From NCBI RefSeq assembly GCF_009914755.1, contig NC_060929.1: a stretch of DNA of 64,000 nucleotides; one strand, written 5' to 3'. Source of the DNA: the human T2T-CHM13v2.0 reference genome, Homo sapiens. The notes under the pieces are model-generated. The model saw nothing but the letters and a program-made list of their open reading frames with translations. It was not told the origin of the DNA and made no database searches. The position numbers and the translations under genes were made by a program. Shown piece after piece: positions 54,396 through 64,000 of the stretch. Position 1 is the stretch's first letter; each line of letters starts with the position of its first letter.

Positions 54396-56206
54396 CTTAA
54401 ACAGTTTGAAAGAATTGAAATAGAGTGTGTTCTCTGCCCACAATGGAATCAAATTAGAAATCAATCCCAGAAAGAAATAGAAAAATCTTCAAACATTTGG
54501 AAACTGAGTAATATATTTTTTCATAATCCGTGGGTCAAAGACAATTTCCAAGGGGAAATAAAAAACATACTGAACTGAATGAAAATAAAATCATGACATA
54601 CCAAAATTTATGGAACACAACTAAAACAATGCTAAGAGGCAAACTTATGGCCCTAAATGCATATGGTACAAAATTGTAAATGTCTCAAACCATTAAACCA
54701 AATTCACTTCAAAGGAACCTAGAAAAAGAATAAGGACAACAACAAATTCCATCAAACAGAAAGAAGAACATAGTAAAAATAAAAGCAGAAATCAATTAAA
54801 TAATGAAAACAGAAAAACATTTAAGAAAAACCAATGAAACAAAGGGCTGATGAGCCAATTATTTGAAAACATTAATGCAATTAATAAATCTCTAGCATTA
54901 CTGATAAAGAAAGTACAGAAGACACAAATTATCACTATCAGGAATACAACGGGAAATCACTATAGACCCTGCAGACATCAAAAGAATAATAAGATAATAT
55001 TATGAAAAAATCTACACTCATAAATTTGACAGATTACATAAAATGGACCAATTTACCCCAAAATTCAAACTACAATTCACCCAATATAAAATCAAGAATC
55101 GGGATAGCCCTATCATTATTAGGGAATTTGAATCCATAATTTAAAGATTCTTTTTAAAAAAGAGATCTCCCAGTCCAGATGGTTCTACCAAATGTTTAAA
55201 GAAGTAACATTAATCCTACACAATATTTTCCAGAAAATAGAAGAGGAGGGAACACCTCCCAATGTACTTTATAAAGCTTATGTTACTGTGCTCTCAAAAT
55301 CAGAAAAAAGGAGGTCCAAATAAAACATTAATTAAGCCTTTATTAAGTACCAGGCTCTGTACTCAGTACAGATAACTCTATTGCGAGTGAGACAGTGGGG
55401 ATTATGTTCAATATTTGTGGATAATGGTACAACTTTGAACTGGTTTCACTTCATAAAGGAATAATTAGAGAACTAAAAATTTCATGTGGCCCATGACCCT
55501 TCCCTTCCCTCAGGATCAGGCTTTAACTAGAATGTTAACTAAGAAGGGAAAATGCCCCACATGATGAAGGGCAATGATGAAAACCTCACAGCTAATACCA
55601 AATTGAATGTAGTTCCCCAATGTCAGGAATATGACAAGGATCCCTGCTATCATCATTTCTGGTCAACATTCTAGCTTAGAGAAATCAGGTAAGAAAATGA
55701 AATAAAAAGAGCCCAGAAGGAGATAAAACTGTCTTTCTCCCCATTTTAATCATCTATGCAGAAAATGTGATGGGATCCACAAATAAACTACTAGAAAAGC
55801 TAAATGAGTTTATCCAGGTTACAGGATACAAAATCAACACAGAAAAATAATTGTATTTTTATACACTAGCAAAGAACAATCAGACATGAAAACTTTAGAA
55901 AAAAATAACACTTAGAATGGCATTAGAAAATATTAAGTCCTTAGGGATTAATTTGATAATACGTGCCCAATATCTGAACACTAAAACTATAAAACATTAC
56001 TGAGAGAAATTAAAGTAGATCTAAGTGAATGAAGAAATATATAGTTTTCATAAGTCAAAAGACTCCATATTTTTAAGACGTCAGTTATTCCCAAATTTAT
56101 CTATATATATTCAATGCAATCCCAATCAAAACCACAGTGGGTTTCTTTTTTTAATTCACAGTTGATTCTAAGATTCATATGGAAATAGAAGGGCCTAGAA
56201 TAGGAC

Positions 56207-56460
56207 CTTTTTCCCCCCAGACAGAGTCTCCCTCTGTCACCCACTCTAGAGTGCAATGGCGCGATCTCGGCTCACTGCAACTTCCGCCTCCCAGGCTCAA
56301 GTGATTCTCATACCTCAGACCCCTGAGTAGCTGAGATTACAGGCATGTGCCACCACACCCAGTTAATTTATGTATTTTTAGTAGAGACAGGGTTTTACTA
56401 TGTTGACAAAGCTAGTCTGGAACTCCTGGCCTCAAGTGATTTGCCTGCTTCAGCCTCCCA
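56207..56460 (-). mobile_element. Old Alu (Sz/Jb-like), 5' end missing
   Basis: Antisense Alu ending at CAGCCTCCCA. Confidence 0.9.
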
Positions 56461-57261
56461 GACAACAATTTTTAAAAAAACAAAGTTGGTGCACTAACTT
56501 ATGACCTGATTTTAAGACTTTTTACTCTTCAGTAATTAAGACATTGTGATATTGACATAAAAATAGACAAATAGGTCAATGAAGCATAATAAAGATGTGG
56601 AGGTCCTAAAACTCTCTAAACTGTTAGTGGGAACATAAAATGGTACAACTACTTTGGAAAGCAGTTGGTCAGTTTCTTAAAAAGTTAGTCATTCATCTAA
56701 TATTCGATCTAGCCATTCCATTCCTAAAGAAATGAAAGTATGTATCCATACAAAGACTTGTACATGAATAGTCATGGCAGCTTTATTTGTAACAGCCAAA
56801 AACTAGAAACAACTCAAAGGAATGTGTAAACATTTTGTGGCATTTCCCTGCAAAGGGATACTAATTTGCAACAAAAAAGAATGAACTACATGTAACAATA
56901 TGGATAAATCTAAAAATTGCTATGCTGAGTGAACACAGTAGACAAAAAAAGAATACAAACTGTACTATTCCATTAATAAAAAACTCTATAAAATGCAACT
57001 AATCTATAATAAGAGAAAGAAGATCATGGTTGCTTAGAGAGGGAGTAAAGAGAAGTGGAGAGGGAGAAAGAGGGGATAAAGGGGCATGAGCAAAATTTTT
57101 GTGCTGTTGTGTACATTTACTATCTTATCTCTGGTGATGGTTTCATGTGTGCACACATTTGTTGAACTTAGTAAATTGTACATTTTAATATATACTTTTT
57201 ATCGTATGTCAGTTAGACTTCAATAAAGCTGTTTTTAAAAATACCGATCAAAAAATCCCAA

Positions 57262-57392
57262 TATTATGGCCACACCTCAGACTAATTTAATTAGGATGTT
57301 TAGAAATGAGACTCATCCAAGCAGCCCCAAGCATTAATATTTTTTAAAGCTCCCTAAGCCATTCTAATGTGTGTCCAATGTTCAGAAACCCT
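57262..57392. mobile_element. MER5-like fragment
   Basis: ATTTTTTAAAGCTCCCTAAGCCATTCTAATGTG..CCAATGTTCAGAAACC. Confidence 0.45.
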
Positions 57393-59752
57393 ACAATACC
57401 GTAAGGCTCTGGTAATTATTAAAGGGAGAATGTAATCTGCTGTGTACTATGTACTAGAGAATCCAAACAATGGGAAACTAAGAGGAATCCACATAATCAC
57501 TTCAGGAAGAAATTAAATTGATCTTAGAAAGATAAGATGTAAAAAAAAAAATTGAGCCACTATGTGATCTACAACATTAGCTACTCTGGGTTTAACTAAT
57601 CCTTTATTTGGAGAAATACACAGAAAACCTTCAGGCAAGACTCGAAAGGGGAGGATTCTATTGACTCTGTGACATGGTGATGGATGACTTAGGTTCTGTA
57701 ACAAATTTTCCAACTGGGAAAACATACACATACATACACTTTGTCTTTATTTTAGGTTTTTCCATGGAACTCTTACAAGAAAGGAAAATCACGGTTTAAG
57801 ATTAAAATAGTTCCTTCACATAACTCAAGTTGCCATGGCTTTTAATTTTTTAATTAAAAATTATTGCAAAAAGCATACATTTTTATATCTCTTCTTCTGC
57901 TCCTACAAACTTAGTCATACATTTGCGGAGGCCAACGCACATATACAGATATCTTCTATTAAAAAACCTTGGAATTTTGAAGGATGATAAATGCTCCTAA
58001 GACATCAAACAAGGTTAGTAGAGGCTTTCTGTCTGTGCTCTATGGGTGGGCTTCAGAAAATTACAGACAACTTTACATTGCATGCATATGTAAATTTTGC
58101 AAAATAAAGCAGACAGAGTTTTTATACAAAGGGCTTGCTGATCTAAAAGGATAAAGAACAATTACCTCAAAACAAACATATCTAAGCATATTTTTATCCA
58201 CCAGACTATATTCTCCAATGGGAAAACAACTTCTCTAGAGTGTGTGGAGGTTTGGGTCTCAGGTCACCAGAGTGCTTTTATAGAAAATTGACTGCAAGGT
58301 TAACCAAACCTACTGAACAGCTCTTATTACCTACTTGTATGAGTTCCATTTAATATATTGGCAAATCTTTCTTCCTCAATGGCAAGGTATATTTGAGGGA
58401 TGATGACAGATCATCAACTATTCTTACTGACTACCCCCTATGTATAGTTATCTGCTGGAGTACTTGGATGAAAAGCCAGGAGTCACAAAGTTGGAAATTT
58501 TCTGAGTAATTTTAAGGGACCAAGTGTTTTAAAAGCCTTTTTCAGTCATTTTCCCACAGGGCTAATTCCTCTCTCAAGCAAATGGAAAATATACTTCAAT
58601 GAGAAGGATTATGAAGTGATTATAAAGTAGGTTGCTCTGATTCCACTGAGCTCAGGGGGCATCACAGACAAGTACATATAGAAGGAATGTGAGGGCTGGA
58701 AAAGACCACAGAGATGGTCAGCTAGTGAGAAAATGAAAACGTAAGGGTTTTGGAAGGAAGTTGAAAAAGCTAATCCCGCTTTGAAAGGAAAATATGAACA
58801 TGTTATATTTTTAGAAATACTGTGCTTTCTGTCCATAAAATTCACAACAGGAGAAATTTACAAAATATTTTTGATCCCCAAGCAACATATATTATTTCTG
58901 TATAAGGAAACATCGAAGGTTGCAGTCAAGCTTGCATTTATTGTTCCAACTACAGGAGCCTCCATAACAAATAAATCTCTCTGCATCAACACTTTTATTC
59001 CATTTCCTTGTAAATTTCCTCTCTCTCTCTTCCTCAAGTTTCTCTGATTGACTCAGCAAACACAGTAATTGTCCCACCGCACACAAGCTTTTTCTGTTAG
59101 TTCCACCTAAGTCACAAGTATTAAGACAATTTATGCTTTTCTGTTATGAAATCTGCTCCAACATTCATGGTCTTTACTTCTATATTTATTTTGGTTCTTT
59201 TATCAAATCCCCACAGGACAATATTTTTTTAATTTTATTGAAGTTCCCTGTAATGAACACTAAACTCATGGAATTGTCTCACCAATATTGAGGTTCACAA
59301 AAGGAAAATCACATTAAATAGGAGTGGTGAATTTCTAGGCTTGTGACTTATGATGATGATAAGTTGAATAAAAGAAGATGATAACAGATAAACAGTATAG
59401 TTCTTAAAGGGTTACAATTATAAATGTGCTAGACAGATTTAAAGAATTACTTGGATCTGTGGTTTTAAGGCAAAGATTAAATGATTTCTTGAGAATCACA
59501 GGGGCAATGTCTTAGGATTTAGGTAGAAAGAATCAAGGGTGATCTTACAAAAACAGAACCAGAATATGTAAGCTAAAATAAACCATGGTCTAGGCCAAGT
59601 TAAAATGTATTGGGGGAAAAACGTCTTGAGCGAATGGGAGTAAGACCCATCAATTTAATTGTGTAACTCCCTTAGTCACTACAGATCATGATAGAATGCC
59701 TCTACTCAAAACAGTCATATTGAAAACTATTGTTTAAAACAATGATCAAGGA

Positions 59753-59940
59753 CAGTGGTTCTCAAAGTGTGGCCCTGGGATAAGCAGCAACAGTTTCACC
59801 TTGACCCTTGCTTGAAATGCAAAGTCTCAGGCCCCACCATACATTCACTGAGTCAGAAATTCTGGGGGTATGTGTTACCAACTGGTGTTTCAATACACTC
59901 TCAAGGTGATTCTGATATTCCCTAAAGTTGAGAACCAATG
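59753..59940 (+). mobile_element. MER5A
   Basis: CAGTGGTTCTCAAAGTGTGG...GAAATGCAAAGTCTCAGGCCCCACC...AAGTTGAGAACCAATG. Confidence 0.88.
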
Positions 59941-60129
59941 GCCTACAAAGATCTAAATCACTTTTCTGGTTTTTAGTTGATTTCCTTATTGGTTTTAGCC
60001 TAAAGTGGGGATTGAAGCTATGTAGAGACTGCATTTTACAAATGACTGTGCTTGAATACTATATTCTTTCCCCATATTCCCCTTCTTATTATAAGAAATT
60101 ATAGCTATTGAAACCATATTGTCCATTCA

Positions 60130-60560
60130 ATCCTTGTTATTTCTTTCTTGAAAACTGAGGAGAATCTGTCATTTTTGTCTTTGCTAACACTGACTTAATT
60201 CAGGCCTTCACTAACTTATTCAAATGTTCATTCCCACCAACTGATCTAAGCCCTTTCCCTTTTGTTCCCTCCTACTCCCTGATGATCAGAACAATGTATC
60301 TAAACATAAATCTCATCATTGCTTGATCCTCCAAAGGCTTTCTCTTCCCTGTTCTCTTATCTACAGGACAACCCAAACTCCCTGGCCTGTTTTCTAAGGG
60401 CTTTTATTACCTAGCTGCATCCTAACTTTGGGGCTTAACTCTCACCTCACCTCATCAATTATCCTGTTCTTCAGGCACCGTCAACATCCTAGTTATTTTC
60501 AGAGCCTCTCAAAATCCCTTAGGTGCCAAAGCCTATGGTTACTCTCCCTGGCCTGGACAA
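60130..60560 (+). mobile_element. L2 fragment
   Basis: CAGAACAATGTATCTAAACATAAATCTCATCAT...CTCCAAAGGCTT...CCAAACTCCCTGGCCTG. Confidence 0.55.
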
Positions 60561-61855
60561 GTAGAGTAATAACTAATACACACTCGTGAACTTAGGGTTC
60601 CACTAGATTCTCTCCACTTTGCAGTTCTCTCCTGTATCTCTCTCCTTGCATTCAGGAACTAAAGCTGGATCAGCTAATCAGATATACTGAACTGGGCCAA
60701 AGGGAAAAGGCCACAGGAAACCTCTCTAAATCATATGTATACTTTAAGAAAGACCTTCTGAAAGAACTGTTTCTGCTCCTCTGCTAATCCATCCATGACC
60801 CAGCAAATTAAAATTTCAAGTTCTTGAGGCAGAAAAGTTAGTAGTATAATAGCATGCTAGACAAGTGGGGAATATTTGAAGCTCCAAGCATAAACTTTAG
60901 GATAACATCATGTCAGCAGAATACAGATAACGCCTCCTGCATACAGGTGCATTGATCATGCTTTCTAAACTACCTGGAACAGTTCTAATTTCAGAATTTT
61001 TTTCACTGTCACCCTAAGTTACTAATTTTAACATTCCATCATATAAAACATATCCTAGGCCTCTTATGTCACCTAAAAAAAGTATCAAAATTTTCTGACC
61101 TATTGTTTTAATTTTCCATTAGGAAAATGTGGTATCTAAATCAAAGGTCATTTGCCCAACACATAAATAACTCTGACCCAAATCTGAGATGCACATAATG
61201 TCAGAATTAGACATCTTAATTTCTCCATTGAGAATAATCTCTCTGTGACATTTTTGTAATATAACCACAATTTGGACAGAATAACTCTTATTTGCATCTG
61301 ACCAACCAATACTAAATATGCTGAAAGAGGGACTTTTTAATTTGCAACTAAAAAGAAACCAGTGCTAAATTCAATGATTAGTGTCACTTCCTTTCATTCT
61401 GCCTCATGTAAATATGGAAGTTGGCAAGGGTTTTATTTCCTGCTACAAGCATTTAGACTTTTCAATTTCACAGTGATTTTATTGACACAGTCTAATGCCA
61501 ATTCTACCAGTTCAGAAGAGCCTAGTGAAATAACAGCGGTGTCTGAAAAACCACCATGATTGAAAGGATGTTTCCTCTGCCCACTAAGTTCCTTTCTTGC
61601 CTGGACAATTATTGTTGATATCCATCAAACCAATGATAATAGTTCTTGGGTCAATGGCCATTGTTTATTGTTGCTTTTGAGTCTAATTGGCCTTTTAATA
61701 TAAAAGGAAGTTTTCTAAGAGGAAAATTAAAATGGTGACAGAGGAAGTATTGAAAAGAGATTATGAAGAATACATTCTCAGTATTCCTAAACCTATTTGA
61801 ATTTCTGGGCCTGAATTTAGAGACCTTTTGATATAATTAGAGTTTAAAGTAATAG

Positions 61856-61919
61856 TCCAAATTAATAGTCTGGATTCTATGAACCAATCCAAATTAATAG
61901 TCTGGATTCTATGAACCAA
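61856..61919. repeat. Perfect tandem duplication, 32 bp x2
   Basis: TCCAAATTAATAGTCTGGATTCTATGAACCAA occurs twice in tandem. Confidence 0.97.
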
Positions 61920-63898
61920 GCATTTCTCATCAGAAGAAATCATAATTTCAGAAACTTAAAACATCACCGTCACTTGATTGGAAATCTACTATGTAAAGTG
62001 AAGAACTATGTCAAATACATTTCACAATTTGTGAAGATTTCTCACACATAAAAGCTTTTTTGTTGCCATTCCAGAGAGTATTAAAAACTTTTGAGTATGC
62101 ATAAAGATCAAAAAGGAATACAGCTGTAACAGCTCTGTAATGCATGAAAAAGACTGCATATATCATGTGATTAACATATTTCTCCAACATAGGTGATAGA
62201 GATGATATAAAAAGAGGAGGTAGCTTTATACTTCTGAAGGCATAATGCTTGTGAAGCCTGTGGATCTACAATGCTTATGACCTTCATATACATGATATTA
62301 TACCAAGACACCTAGCAACATCTTAGTCAAAGAAAAAAAGTCAGCAAGCAAAAAATAATAATAATAATTTTTAAATAACTCAAAACTTTACTGGCATTTC
62401 TCAAAAAATTATAGCTATGCGTTGATGAGGCCCACACTTTTTAAAACCCCTTTCCTTTTTTTCTTGCCCACCCATATCCCACAAATACCTCACTCAGCTT
62501 CTCCCTCATCCATCTCTCCTACTCTTCCCTAAATTAATTTTGCAAGTTATCACCCACACATTTATTCTTCTTCACTGCTTTTCTCCTGATTATGTCTGTA
62601 TAAACAAAAACTCAGAAGATCTAATCTGGCAAGCCAAGAAAGACCCTTTTTGAAGAATAAGGTAAGAGAGGAGAACAAATCAGGCCAAGCCCAAATCTTC
62701 TTCGGAGGTTCAGAGATTTGTGTTACTCATTTCCCTTTCATATGGATCTAACAAATTATCCAAAATACCCTATCACTGCTTAATTTGACACTCTTCAGCT
62801 TAATTTCATCTGTAACAGAGGAAGTTTACAAAGTTACTAAAATGAGGCTACTTTTTGCTCATTTTGGGTTAAGAATATAGGTCAAACCACTTTTAGAAAT
62901 GGAGGAAAAGGTATTTCCAATTTAAACAATCAGAAATGTTTTACAATTGAAAAATTTTAGGAAATTATTTGGCAGATATTTCCCTTTTTCCCTCAATGCC
63001 TTGCACATAATAGTTTCTCAATAAATATTTCTTGGTTAATTAAACTTTTAGAGTAGTTTTCTAATTTCTCTTAAGGATCCAATCTTGTTAAATTTATAAG
63101 ATTTAATAAACTTGGAATTATTTATTAGCTCTACTTCCTTTCTATGGTACCTGGGTATTTCAAAGGAGATTTTCTGAGACATAAACATTGGCAATAGTAT
63201 TTCTAGTGCATCCTTACCATAGGAAGTAGAGCAGCTATCCAACAAATCCATTAATGACACATCAGCTGAGAGTTGATGAGGTGCTGTCAGAACATCATGT
63301 TAGTAAACACATTCTATTCTACTCTGACTCTTCAGAGAACTCATCCATACTTTAACTTCTACTGCCCTTCTCAGGTGTGCCTGCTTTCCTGTTCCCACCC
63401 AGACACAAAATGACTTACTGATTTTCATTTGTCCAAAACTGAGTATATAGTATAGCACATAAAAGGAAAATCTCAAAGCTATAAAGCATTTTGTTACACA
63501 GTCATAAGGGGAATCCACTTCCATTATTCAGAGGAATACATTCAAGCTGTTAATGACTAATGCAACAAATTTCTTTTTAATGTGGAAAAGAGGAGGTGTT
63601 GACATCATATCTTGATGAAGTTTCAAGTTCTCTTTCTCCCCTTCCCTTTTCTGTAACTTGTTCCATGTCCCCCTCTTCATATTGATATGTACATTTGTTT
63701 CTAAAATATAATCAGACTGAATGTGAATGTCTGCTTTTTCTGTGTGTGGAGAGTAAGATGCACTATTCCCTGCCATTCCTTCACACAACAGGAATGTTCC
63801 AAATGACTCTTATGTGCCAGGATCTGTGTTGTAACCTAAGGATACATAAAAAAGTAACCAAAATTCATAGCACTTATAGTCTCATCGAAGAGTTAGAC

Positions 63899-64000
63899 CA
63901 GAGGTTGACAAACCCTGTCCCATGGATTAAATCTGGCCCACCACCTCTTTTAGAAGTGAAATTTCATTAGAACACAGCCATATTTGTTTGCTTGTAATAG
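63899..64000 (+). mobile_element. MER58A-like hAT MITE, runs off the window
   Basis: CAGAGGTTGACAAAC...AAATCTGGCCCACCACCT...TTAGAACACAGCCA. Confidence 0.75.

Noticed and set aside
63419-63438. 20-nt minus-strand microexon (CTCAG|...CA|GTAAGT)
   Set aside because: Weak pyrimidine tract and poor exonic donor bases; within chance expectation for 64 kb.

Overview
AT-rich primate genomic DNA, catarrhine and most likely human, judged by AluY/S/J, L1PA, THE1 and LTR10C. It looks intronic or intergenic. I found no credible protein-coding exon, RNA gene or CpG island; the listed ORFs are short and mostly repeat-derived. Roughly half the window is interspersed repeats: two near-full-length Tigger1 elements, several L1s, eight Alus, solo LTRs (THE1, MST, MLT1A, MLT2A, MER21, MER67, LTR10C, LTR47), hAT MITEs, MIR and L2. 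Family names come from my recall of consensus sequences, not from a RepeatMasker run. The two most unusual signals are: (1) a circularly permuted ~340-bp copy at 26.7-27.0 kb of a donor at 28.6-29.2 kb, as expected from a small DNA circle or template switching; (2) a strong acceptor, 8 nt, then a perfect donor at 33.6 kb, flanked by competing complementary segments. I cannot claim a new biological system from the sequence alone.
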